Assembly (NCBI GenBank): GCA_001179505.1
Contig: CDMY01000238.1
Span: 90,201 to 154,200, forward strand
Origin: Vitrella brassicaformis CCMP3155
Taxonomy: Eukaryota; Protista; Chromerida
DNA length: 64,000 bases
Reading direction: 5' to 3'
A model generated the notes under the pieces. That model made no database searches, was not told the DNA's origin, and saw only the letters and a list, made by a program, of their open reading frames with translations. The position numbers and the translations under genes were made by a program. Shown here one piece after another: positions 45,963-57,909 of the stretch (positions are counted from its first letter, which is position 1; each line of letters starts with the position of its first letter).

Positions 45963-46082
45963 GCACAAAGGAGGCCGGCCCACCGAAGAACCACAGGATA
46001 ACAGCCGTCACACAAGCCAAGCCACAAGAGGGAGAAAAAGGAGGACAAGGTACACACAAGGAAAAGCCAAGACAGCGACACT
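45963..46082. repeat. About 120-150-bp diverged direct repeat, copy 2
   Basis: Matches 44953-45102. Confidence 0.8.
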
Positions 46083-46203
46083 GTACTGCACTGCGAGAGA
46101 GAGGACATCAGCCAGCCATTCGTCAAGACATCCGCCATCCATCGCCCAACCGACGCGAACACACAGTACCACACCTCCCCACTCCCCCCCTCCCTGCCCT
46201 CGT

Positions 46204-46791
46204 CTACACGCTGTACTTGATGGTGGTGTCGTCCCTGCAGCCGGCCGTCGTGTGGGAGGGCAGGTCGCTGGCCGGCCGTCGGGGAGGGCCGCTGATGGCG
46301 ATGAGAGTGGGGCCGAGCCGACGCCGTCGTCGGGTGCAGGAATGGCAGAACCGGAAGGCTCCCTTGAGTTTGTTCCACCAGGTCGCCGCCTCTCGGGGGT
46401 AGCTGGTGTACTGCACGCCCTCGTCCGTCCAGCAGCTTGCACGGCAGATGGTCGACATGACCAAACCGTCTGATGCACACACAACACACACACATACACA
46501 GTGGCGTGCAGCAGCTGAGGTGTATTGCCCACTTACCGTCGCTAATCGTGTCGCTGTCCGTCTCGCCCTCTGCAGCCTCCTGCAGTTCTTCCAGGAGACT
46601 CACAGGAGGGCCGTCTTGGTCCGCCTGCACGGCGGCCTCGGCCGTCGGCACAGCCGGCGTGGTGGAGATCCTCTTGTCCTCGGGCTCCATGGCTGGGATT
46701 CCGTCGGCCTTGCCGATGAGAGGCGGAGGCGCAGTTCTGGTCGCGGTGTGCGATGCTGCATTATCGGCAGACGCACACACACAGAGCCCTT

Positions 46792-46830
<39 letters not shown>

Positions 46831-48027
46831 TGGGGGAAGGAAGCATACGGTCGGTGCACTTGGCCGGCTGGTGGTGGTCTTCTGGGACACTCTCCATGGT
46901 GCTCCTCGTACGCAACAGGGGCTCCATGGCGGTCGCGGAGGGGTCGGTGAAGGCGGCGGTGCTCGCGACAGACATACGGCGGATGTGGTCTTCGTGTTGC
47001 CTGCATGACACACAGCAGCCAAGGCGGCATGCCAGGGGCCATGGCAGAGAAATGTCGCATGTGTGCAGTGCGTGCCCTCCTCACGTGTGCAGCTTATAGG
47101 TGTTGTCGCGGAGGATACCGAGCTGTTTGCCGTGGGTGTCCATCTTGTCCACGACGGCGCCAACCCGCCGGTCAAGTGCGCCCAAGGAGGCCTCAATCCC
47201 CTCGAACATCTCAAGGACACGCCTGACACACCCAAGGTACACAAGGCACGACAAATGCTCCCATAGACTCTCTCCCGTGTGTTGTCTGTCGCCTACTCGT
47301 TATGGAGATCCCTGTGTGCCGTTATGGTCGCCATGGCAGACCCCACAGTCTTGTCGAGCCGCGCCAGTGCGGCCGCGATGCTGGCGGTGCCCTCCAGCTC
47401 ATCGACCTTGTTCCTGAGGAAGCACACACATGAATGAAGCCGACGATGTGATGCATGTGAGTGGCCCGACTAGCTGGCTTACATGAGCTGTCCGTTCGTG
47501 GTCGTGAGCTCGGCATTCTTGCGCTTCAGCTCGCGGACCATTCCCTTGAGGCCCTCCTCGTCGCTGCCGCTGGCCTCCCCCTCCCCCTGAGGCACCCTGT
47601 CTCTTGGGCTCAACAGTTTTGCCGCTCGAGGGGACACAAACGGCGACACGCGCTGGGCCCTCCGGTTGGCCTGCACGACATCCTCCAGGAGATGGGTGAG
47701 GTTGTCGATGCTCGCCGTCAATTTCGCCGTCAGCCGCTGGGTGGCCGTGGCGCTGGGCTGCGATATGCGCTCGTCATCCGGCGTGGAGGAGTGTGATGGG
47801 CGACGCGGGGCGTGGCTGATGTCTAGAGGGGGGATGGCTGGGCGGGCGGCTGATGGAGCGGATGAGGGCGACGAAGCGGGTGAGGGCGACGACGCGGGCG
47901 AGGGCGACGACGGCTGCTTAGGCAAAAACGCCTGAACACACAGACAGCATCAACACACGCGAATGAAGGGAGAACCTGATGCGTCAAGATCCGGTCCTCT
48001 CACCCGCTTGTCGACGGTCTCGTCCAT
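46204..48027 (-). CDS. Hypothetical protein with Ser/Pro-rich N-terminus and coiled coil
   Basis: MDETVDKR|AFLPKQPSSPSP...GMVRELKRKNAELTTTNGQLM|NKVDELEG...|RVLEMFEGIEASLGALDRRVGAVVDKMD...|...IKYSV*. Splice phases are consistent. Confidence 0.65.
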
Positions 48028-48604
48028 CCTTATGGGCCTCAGGCGGCGCTAAGAGAGCCGTACGGCTTCTCGGGTGGCGTGGCTCCTGCCTTCTTGTCTG
48101 GTGGTGGTGGGCTGGTGGCGAAAAGCCCTGAAGGGCTCGACGTGACGCAAAGGCCGCAAAAGCAAAGGTGCCAAACACTACGGCGTCAGGCTGGAGCTCA
48201 AGTCACGGAATCCCGTGCACGAGCTCACATGCCAGAGCTGGAGGAGCTCATTGTCGGAGGTGATGGATGATTCATTGTGAGGCGGGGGGCAACAGAGCAA
48301 AAGCCCAACGGCCCTCGGTGTGAACGAACGAAGATCGACGATCCACTGGCGGGAGAGATCCTGTTGAACCGGCCCCGCGTTGGCTTCTGTTGGGGTCCCC
48401 GCGACAGATGCGTGCAGAGCTCCGTGAGGCCTCGACGAGTCCGTCTCATGCAAAGCTTTGCAGGACGATGGATGGCACCGCCACTCAGGTGAGAGGACGA
48501 GCAGCCTCCAGGCCAGGCAAAGCAGAGCACGTGAACCATCATGGCGTGAATCATCGTGTGTGCTGTCTGCGTGTGATTGTGTGTTGTCATTCGGTCTCGT
48601 GCAG

Positions 48605-50392
48605 ATGAGTGAAATGGGCACGAGGGATCAGCTGCTCAAACAGATTCAGGCCTATCAGGCGAATCAGGCCAGGGTAGGTAACCAACACACTCACTCAGTC
48701 ACTCATTCAGTGCATCCGTCGCTCATCGGTTGCTTTGTGTTGTTTGTGTGTGCTGTGGTGTGCAGGTCAACAATGGCATCGGCCGACTCACTCAGATGGA
48801 CACCGCTATGATCACACCACTGGTGCGGCCAGACTGCCACACAATGACAGCACAAAGGACTCTGTGTCATGCTCTCTGTGTCAGATGGTGGCCAATGTCA
48901 GTCGTCAACTCGCCAAGGAATCGGCCCGTCTGGCCCAGCTGGCGGACAACATCGACTCGACCATCGCACTAACAACACACACCCACACACAGGTGAGAGG
49001 GAGACCACACAATCACACACACAGCTGCCTGTGTGTCTTTCTGTGTGTCGTCAGGCTCGACGGCTGCACGTGTCTGACATTCCCGCCGAGCCGATGAGCA
49101 TCGTCCTGGCCGCTTCAAGCCTCACGACCGTCGGCCGCTTCAAGGGGACAGCCCGCCACTTCAGAAACGCCCTGCGGCCCATCATCCGCCGTATTCGGCT
49201 GCCGAAGGCCATCGAGGTGGCGGGGGTGGGCGGTGTGGTGCAGTTCGACGATCAGCTGAGCCATGGCGATGTGATGAAGGCCATGTGGGTGATGGAGGAG
49301 AGGGGCGAGGGCGGCTGGGGGGAGGTGGCCGACACACTCAGATTCGCTGAGCATTGGGGCCATTGTCAGCTGCCGGTCACTGTGGGTGCCGGAGATCTGC
49401 AGACACACGCCACCAAGGCGGTTCGCACCACACACACGAGATGGGAGGCAATGGGACAGTGAGTGAATGGCTCTTTGTCTGTGTGTGTTGGGTGCAGGCC
49501 TACTTATCGCTGCCCCGTTTCTGTGCCCGGTGGATGCTCGTCGGCCGCCGTGTGACCTTCTGCCGCCCCAACGGCCAGCATGACGGCACACTCCAGCTCC
49601 GCCACAACAACGAGCTACGCCTCATCCGCAACGAGCCCAACTTCGCCATCGTCATCAACCCGCCCCTCCCCCTCCCCAACAGCCCCGTCCATCCCTTCTC
49701 GCAGCACCCCTTCCAGCAACACGCCAAGCCCCACGACCCGCCAGTCCGCAGCCGCATTACGTGGCACCCTAGTGTGGGCTGGACGACGGTCGCTGCCAAC
49801 GACGGGGTCGTTTTCTCATCTGCGAGTTCCCTGCTGAAGAGCCTGATCGTGGTTCACCGGGTGCTGGCTGTGGGCGGCATGTCCCAGTCGCCACCAATGG
49901 CGGTAGACCGGTAAGTGGACGGATGAAGAGGGCAGGTCGCTCACGCCATGTGTCAAAATGTGTGTCAGGAGTGCGCGTGGAGGTTATCTGGATGGCGTGC
50001 TGACTCGATCACCTCACACGCCCCTTGACGACTGCTCACACGTGATGGCACACGAGGTGGTCGGTGGGATGTGTAGGCAATCGCATTGGCTGACATCATC
50101 AAACGACCCGTTCATCGCATGGATTGCCATGCGCATCCCTCCAGGCGACAACCAGAACGGTACGCTTACACGTAAGAGACCAGCAAACCCACAACACCCC
50201 CATGCTGTCGTGGTGTCTGATTTTGTGCTCATGGCTGCGTGCAGTAGAGGTCACCATCAATACCAGCGAGGCGCCAGCAGCAGGTGTGGCCAATGACGAG
50301 CCTTCGCCCAGCGATTCCCCCTGACGGCCGCCAAGGCCCGTCTCGTCCTCGGCCCCATCGCGTCCATCGTCCTCGACCGCCAGGCACCATAG
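48605..50392 (+). CDS. Member of a lineage-specific (Vitrella-type) expanded hypothetical protein family; possible frameshift in the last exon
   Basis: MSEMGTRDQLLKQIQ...GGWGEVADTLRFAEHWGHCQLPVTVGAGDLQ...HDPPVRSRI...FSSASSLL...TSEAPAAG. The frame as written stops at 50324. A shifted frame from about 50302 gives FAQRFPLTAAKARLVLGPIASIVLDRQAP* (50392). Family assignment is from recall, not a search. Confidence 0.65.
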
Positions 50393-51049
50393 ACAGGAGG
50401 TGAGGGCCACACACATGATGCAGAGAACCTGCTCTATGTATATGCTGTATGTTGGTGTGTGTTCTGTAGGGCGGCTGGCTGACGTCAAGGAAAGACACAC
50501 AAGTTGAAGTAGCTGACTGTCTGGTGGGCGAGGGGGCCAGCGGACTGGTGTGTGGTGGTGTCTGCATTGTATCTGTTGGCTGCATGTCGGCATGGCAGTG
50601 ACAATGGACACATCCGTGGACACATTTGTGTGTGTACAGAGACAGAAGTGTGCGTGTGACATCCGTAATGCCCGTCGTCATTGCCAGACTGTGTGAAGGG
50701 ATCGTCGTCAAAGCCAGTGCGGATGACCGAAGCATTCCAGTCATTTGTGTCCCAGACGTCTCTGTCACGCACTCGCGCCACTCTCACAGAAACATATACA
50801 AAGCGGCAAGATCGAGACATACAATTCGAGCCCACCACGAATATAAAATGCAGGCAACGATTCCATTTAGATCCATCAGTCAGTCGCCGTGGCGACTGCT
50901 TCGTTGCTAAACCCCTGTTGTCTGTGTGCGCGTAATGCCCTGGAGCAGCTGCACGTATACCCATGTGTGTGTATGTATGTGTGTTCTGCATCGCGTGTCT
51001 GTCTATACGTTTGATGCCGCCACGTCAGCTGTCATCTTGGCCACCTCCT

Positions 51050-53010
51050 GATGGCATCCAGAAGACGCAGACAGACAGACAGACAGACCGACCGACGGAA
51101 GATGACGGCTCATCCATTCTTGACAAAGACAGATGAGATGGCTTGTGTCGACATAGGCATGCATTCATACACACGACTGCGTCACCCATCATGCACTGAG
51201 ACACGCACCTGTAGGCAGACACGGGGGTAGAGAAAACAGCACACAGGCAGACAGCGGCATTCCCCCATCGATGCCCCCCCCCCCACCCCCCCACCCACAC
51301 ACACACACACACTGGGTCGTTCTCACAAGCAAGCAGGCAGGCTGGCTGTGAATGACCCAAGGTGCCACTCATGTGTCTTGTCACTCACTCATCCGCAGAT
51401 GCACGCAGCCGCAGACATGGAGAGGGGCAAAGAGGCAGGAACGTACAATACAGATCGACCCACGATAGACCGTCTGAGTGAGTCTCATGGCCGGCCATCA
51501 AAACCATCGACCATCTCATGCCATGCCCGGTGCCAACTTTGTCATCGTCCAATGACGCCGTCAGCCCACTCGTGTGCCACGCGGTCACTCTCGTCCGAGA
51601 ACTGACATTTCACACACAGCACACTCTCAATGCAATCAATCCCTGTTGGACCGATCCCTCTTTCGTATGGCACCTGGTGCATCATGTCGTCGTTGTTGTG
51701 ATAGTGCGCATGGCCGAAGAACATGTCCTCATCTGAATCATCAGCACGGCTCTGCAGGGGCAGGGGAGACGCGGACAGGCCGCCAGGGACGCCATGGCCA
51801 TACACACCTGTAGTCCACACACCTGCAGAGGCAAGCAGGCAGGCATGCCGGTCGGCCGACATAATGGGAGTGTCCATCATCACGCTGTACGTTGTCGTCA
51901 ATCATCAGACCTCCGTTCGTGTGGATGTTCCAGTGCACCATATCGTTGGTGTCCATGGGCAGCACATCAAGGGACGGCCTACACCCATTCGCAGACAGCG
52001 CACCACACATACACGCGTGTCACTTCATCTTGCCCTCTTGTGTGAGTGCTCACGGTGTCGCATCGCCGTTAGTGCTCGGTGTTGCAGTGGACGCTTGGCT
52101 GCCGTAGCTGTCGCTGTGTGTGAGGAATCACCATGCCGGCAAACACAAAGCTCGTGGCAGCTGAACACCAACAAATAGACACAATGGGCGAATAGCCGTC
52201 TGCTGAGAGAGAGGACACCGTGTGCAGTTACGTGTGTCTGAGATGCTGCTCGGTGGCGCCAGGGGGACGGGAGGAGCATTGTCCAATTGGGGAGCATTGT
52301 CCACCTGCTGCTGGAGCTCCTGCATAAACATCAGCATGTCACAGCAGCGGGAGAGCATCCCAAGATGCGACCGATCGTCTGCCATACACACATGTGGATC
52401 TATCTGCTCGATCGATCACCTGCAGGTCGGCCTCTGTGAGTTTGTGGGTCTTGCGCAAGTGAGAGGTGACCACATTGCGGTAGGTGTTCTGTTTGCCGCA
52501 GATGCCGCCCCCAGCACACGGCACCAGACACGTGGCGGACAGCTTGTCGCTCTTGCCCTTCTTGACCGGCACTTAAGGCACTACTTCCGCCAGCTGTCCT
52601 CCCCAGTACACACGCGCACAGCACTGGGCGTTGTAGTCAGTTGCCTGCTCGTGCGGGTCCATTCCTGGCTTGCGGAAAACCTGCAGACGGAAGAGGTGGC
52701 GGAAGGGTCGCTGGCAAGCGTCTTGGTCGATGGCCGCCGGCAGGAGAGCTATGGCCCAGCCCGGCGCACCCATGATGCGCTCGGTGCTGGCAGCGTTGAG
52801 CCACACGTGGCGGTGCTCTGCCGGGGCGGCCATGTCTATCGGGTCCACAGCCGACTGGGAGTGACTGCGGTCGAGGTCGATGGCATCCCAGTTGTCGTAA
52901 AGGGCACACAGAAGTGACTCATGCGGCACACTCTGAGCAGCTGCACCACACGAGCAGCATACACACGCTTGCAGAGAAACCCATGCATTTGGACCTGTGT
53001 GACTTACCAT
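51050..53010 (-). CDS. Hypothetical protein with a C2H2/BED-like zinc-finger segment; exon structure uncertain
   Basis: ATG|GTAAGT at 53010, ORF 52573-53010, then in-frame SATCLVPCAGGGICGKQNTYRNVVTSHLRKTHKL (52339-52572). Later exons ELQQQVDNAPQLDNAPP and DDSDEDMFFGHAHYHNNDD. The 3' end is not resolved. Confidence 0.4.
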
Positions 53011-53088
53011 TCATCGTGAAGCGCAGATAAAGGTCGGACATCAGACAAAGGGGTGAAATGACCAGGAATACCGCAGATAGGAAGGCCT

Positions 53089-53119
53089 ACTTCTCGTATG
53101 TGAACCACTTCTCGTATGT
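53089..53119. promoter_or_regulatory. 13-bp direct repeat with 18-bp period in a divergent promoter
   Basis: ACTTCTCGTATGT at 53089-53101 and 53107-53119, between the minus-strand gene (53010) and the ATP sulfurylase gene. Confidence 0.3.
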
Positions 53120-53413
53120 ATACCACAACACCATCAGCCCCAAAAGGCCTCAGAAAGGGCTTCCTTCGTCACCTGTGATGGCGGCATCGACTGTTCTTCG
53201 CGGCAGAGCCATATCCACCGAGATCTTGCCTTGTGGTGGAGATGAAGGAAAAGATCTGCAGCAACATAACAACCACAGCAACAGAGCAAGTACAAACGAG
53301 CTGTACGGCACCGTGTTCATCCATCTCCAGGCAGCTCTGCGAGATGGATCGCCCACAGGCTGAGCTCGCCTTTCTGAAGGAGAAACAACCCGTCGTCGCT
53401 GAAAGGAGAAACG

Positions 53414-54926
53414 ATGGCAGATCTGCCTGGTGCTTCGCCAGCGATGCAGCTCATGTTGCCGTCAGATGTCAATCTCAGCGAGAGGGACATGTGCGACCTC
53501 GAGATGTTACTGATGGGTGCCTTCTCGCCTCTCAAGGGCTATCTGGACCGCGCCAACTACCTCTCCGTCCTGCACAACATGCGCCTCACCACAGGTCAAG
53601 AAATAAGCAATGGGATGCACGAACGAGGTGGTTGATCCTTGTGTGTGTTTCGGCTGTTCAGGAGAGGTGTGGCCCATTCCCATAGTGCTGCCCATTCCCA
53701 AGAGCTCGTGCAGGCCAGCTGATTCGTCAGCAGCAGGCCAGAAGGTGACGCTGCGCGACAAGCTGGGCTTGATCATTGCCGAGGTCAAAGTCACCGACGT
53801 GTACGAGCCCGACCTGAGCATCGAGATGGAAAAGGTGGGCCAACCATGCATGAAGATCTGCACCGAAATCATCGTATCGCGCACGTCTTTTCTCCTCTGT
53901 GTGTCAGGTTCTGGGGTCGACCGACACGAACCATCCATACGCCCAGCACCTGCTCGCCCACTGCAGTGACCACTATTACGTGGGAGGGGAGGTGACGCAG
54001 CTGCACGACATCCAGCGGTTCGACTTCAAGGAGTACCGGCTGCCGGCGCCAGAGGTGCGGCAGATGATCAAGGACAAGGGGTGGGGGACCGTCGTGGGCT
54101 TCCAAACGCGCAACCCCATGCACAGGAGCCATTTTGAGCTCACGAGACAGGTGACGGATGAGTGCATCGACCTGTTTGTGATCTTTGCAATACGTGTGTC
54201 TATGTGATTGATGCGTGCAGGCTCTGCGCGAGGCGTCAGAAGAGACGGGCAAGAAGGCCCACCTGCTGCTCACGCCTGCAGTAGGGCCAACACAGCCGGG
54301 AGATGTCGAGTACCACATACGCGTCAGGTACAACACAACACAACACAACACAACACAACACACAGCCACAGTCACATCCATGTGCACACGTGGGCGTCAA
54401 TGCGTCTGCGTCATCAGGTGTTACAAGCGTTTGCTCAAGTACTATGGCGACGACAGCGTCAAGCTCGTCCTGTTGCCCCTCGCTATGCGCATGGCTGGAC
54501 CAAGAGAGGTACCTAACGAGACCACACATATCTGGAAAGCAACAGTCCGTCCACATGAGGCTCTGAGGCTCTTGCGTGTATGGTTGTCAGGCCGCATGGC
54601 ACGCGATTATCCGTCGCAACTACGGCTGCACACACTTCATTGTGGGGCGGGACCATGCTGGCCCCTCGGCCAAGAAGAAGGACGGCTCGCCCTTCTACGG
54701 CCCCTATGAGGCGCACGAGACCCTCAAGTCCGTCCAGGATGAGCTCGGCATCCGTCCGGTGTTCGGTCGTGAGATGGTCTATGTGGGTGAGGAGCATGGC
54801 GGCTATCTGCAGAGGTCGCAGGTGCCCGAGGGCGTCCCGACGCAAAACATCTCCGGCACGCAGCAGAGGCACATGCTCCAGGTAGACGACGCATCCATCC
54901 ACACACGCACCATCGCAATGTCCGCA

Positions 54927-54962
<36 letters not shown>

Positions 54963-56205
54963 TGTGTGTTCGTGTGTGTCAGTCTCGTGAGCCCATCCCG
55001 TCATGGTTTTCGTTCCCTGACGTTGTCGAGGTGAGCATGTCACACTCACGGCGGACAGAGGGATCTGCAACACCGTTCCCTCTGTGTTGTGTGTGCCTCA
55101 GGAGCTGCACAAGTTCTACCTGCCGTTCCACGAGCGTGGCTTCTGTTGCTACTTCACGGGCCTGCCGTGCTCGGGCAAGTCGACACTCGCCATCGCCGTT
55201 GAGGCAGCCATCAGTGTCAGACAAGAAAGAGCACCAAACAACCTGGTCTGTCGCCCGTGGATACGTGCGCCCGTGTGTGCTATTGTATGCAGGAGAACGA
55301 TAGTGAGAGGCGCAATGTGACCATATTGGATGCGGATATCATCCGAACACATCTGAGGTGCGACGGGCACGCTCGCCCTACCTACCTGCATTGACATCGC
55401 CGTGCGTGTGTTGCCTGCTGTGGTGTGCAGCAAGGGTCTCGGGTTTTTGCGTGAGGATCGTTCGATGAATGTGCGTCGCATCGGATATGTCGCGTCGGAG
55501 ATCGTCAAACACAGGGGCATCTGCCTGGTGTGTGGGAAAGATGGAACACATACAGGGACGTCAGGGCGTATGCGAATGTTCTTGTCGTTTGTGTGCAGGT
55601 TGCGAACATCGCGCCGTATGACGAAGATCGCCAGTTCAACCGCAATCTCATCACCAGGTGACCACAGACAGAAACACGCCCCGTGTGCGGTGTATCATTT
55701 TGGCTGTGTTCGTGTGTGCGTCGTTCAGTGCTGGTGGTGGCTATGTGGAGGTGTTCGTCAACACGCCGCTGGAGCTGTGCGAACAGAGGGACGTCAAGGT
55801 CAGTCAGTTAGCGTACGCGTGCATATAGGCGATGCTTAATTGACGCACTCGTCGGTTGTTGGGCATGATTGCTGTTTGTTGTGTCCAGGGCCTCTACAAG
55901 AAGGCGCGCCAGGGCATCATCAAACAAGTGAGGGAGATGACACACCCCATCGGCATTATGCGTGCGGGATACATGTATGTGGTGCCACTCATTCAGTTCA
56001 CGGGCATCTCTGATCCGTACGAGCCGCCCCGCAGCCCCGAGCTGTGCCTGGAGACGACAGAAGATGTGTCGAACCACGTGCAGCAGGTCAGACAAGAGAG
56101 GGGCCCCTCAGTACTGCACACACACGAGCCGGGCGATGCATTGTGCGCATGCAGGTGATGGACTATTTGGTGGCCAACAAGTGGATCCTGCGGCCGTCTG
56201 AGTGA
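53414..56205 (+). CDS. sat/cysC: Bifunctional sulfate adenylyltransferase (ATP sulfurylase) / adenylyl-sulfate kinase, ATPS-APSK order
   Basis: LSERDMCDLEMLLMGAFSPLKGY, VVGFQTRNPMHRSH, PLAMRMAGPRE, RRNYGCTHFIVGRDHAGP, ISGT. Kinase part FTGLPCSGKSTLA, LDADIIRTHLSKGLGF, RRIGYVASEI, IAPY, RDVKGLYKKAR, FTGISDPYE. The start codon is uncertain (an upstream exon from about 53177 is possible). Confidence 0.93.
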
Positions 56206-56634
56206 TGTGCGGGCGGAGTCTGTCTGCCTGCCTGCCTGCCGTCCTCAGTGTCTGCTCTCTTTCTTTGAGTGAATGCGGGACAGTGAGCTGTTTTTGACGA
56301 TGCGTTGATCGGAGTGTAAGAGCGTTCGTGTCTGTAGCCGCCCGATGGCCAACCAGGCGGGCGAGCAGTGTTTGGTGTCCGACATGTGTTCAGATGGCAC
56401 ACCTGTCCCGCAGTGTGGTGGCCTGTCGTGCATGCGCTTTATTTGACTGAATGTAATGTACGTGAGATTTTGGCTGCATGGTCAAGCGGCACAAGTTCAC
56501 ACGCACTCAGCCAGCCACGGAAGATCTCTGCCCTGTCTACTAGGCAAACACTACTGGCAAAAAAGGTCTCATTGCATATGAGCCAGACAGCTACCGCAGA
56601 TGACATGCATCCGTAAGCGGCAACCACAGATCAA

Positions 56635-57836
56635 TCAACTACCCAGGGGCTCCCCTGCCTCTTTATCCAGCATCACTCGCAGAAAACGGTCACTCGCGTC
56701 TGTCTGTCCGTCTCGGCGGCTTCTAGCCGCTGGGACGAATGGCCTGACGTGCAGAGCCGACATGTGCACGTCCCTGGGGACAATGGGCATCTTGCCGCAC
56801 CTGCACACGCAAGACGTCACAGCCAACAGCAGCCACATGGATGACCGAGTACTCATGGCCCTTCGTCATCTCCATCGCTCACCCGTGTCTGCAGTCGTCG
56901 AATTGCTTCTTGGTGGGCACCTTGGCCTTGATGTACAGGAGCTTCAGCGCCGCCTCGTTGGGCTTGACGCTCCGCCGCTGGACGGCCGCCTGGCTCGTGA
57001 GGCGCGCCACCATCCGGCCGCTCGGCACATCCATCACCACAAAGAAGCAGTGGACGGTCACGTGACGGACCAGCGGATGGTCCCTAATTTTCTGCTTGTT
57101 GGCGCCATTCGACCATGAGCGCAGGGGGTATGGGAAGACGGCCAGCCGGGGGGCGGTGGCGGGGCTGCCTCTGTAGGCCAGGTGGTGGCGGATGAGGTCG
57201 GCTTCACACTTGTAGATCAGCAGGGGCCGAGCGATGGCGTAGTCGAGCTTCAGGAAGTCGTAGCGGGCGGCTTCGCGCCGAACAGGGTCCCGGTCCAGAT
57301 GCGACAAGAGCGACACCACAGTGGGGTGCAGGTCACGGTACATCACGAACGACAGCAGAGTCGCCGCCGTCGACAAGGCCTGTGCACACACACACAGACA
57401 GCGAGCCAGACACTCTTCACTGTCTTTCCTCAATCTTCGTGTTGTCGTTCATTCCTCACCTGTGGTGACGGCATCATCTCGTTTTCCTCAGTCATCATCT
57501 CCTCATTGTTATGCGGCTCTGACCGCTCCGACGGCCCGCCGCCATCGAGCTCGATGCAGCCCACGGCCATCGGCCCTGCCTACACACACACACACACACA
57601 CACACACAAGCACACCTTGACACCCAATGCTGACCTTCCAAACGCATTTTTTCCCTCACAATTGTTTCCGACTCCATTGTGGATGTGCTCATGTTGCGCG
57701 TCACCGCCTGAACGCCTGCCTCGCCCACTTTGCTGCCGCCTGCAGGGCGCGGGCCTCGAGGGACGGGGAAGCCCTGGGCGATCTCAGCAGGGGCGAGCGG
57801 CGCGCCAGCCATATGGGCCTTGAATGCGGCAGCCAT
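56635..57836 (-). CDS. Hypothetical protein, about 4 exons
   Basis: MAAAFKAHMAG...|AGPMAVGCIELDG...|ALSTAATLLSFVMYRDLHP...LYIKAKVPTKKQFDDCRHG|CGKMPIVPRDVH...EPLGS*. Confidence 0.6.
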
Positions 57837-57909
57837 TGAGGCATCTCCACACCTGACACGCGCATGAGACATCGATATGAGTGCTAAGATCAGATGCATG
57901 AAATGGATC

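Noticed and set aside
50099-51000. Minus-strand ORFs (50099-50662, 50229-50768, 50485-50991) as a separate gene
   Set aside because: They overlap the plus-strand gene's last exon and microsatellite-rich sequence, and no consistent exon chain could be built.
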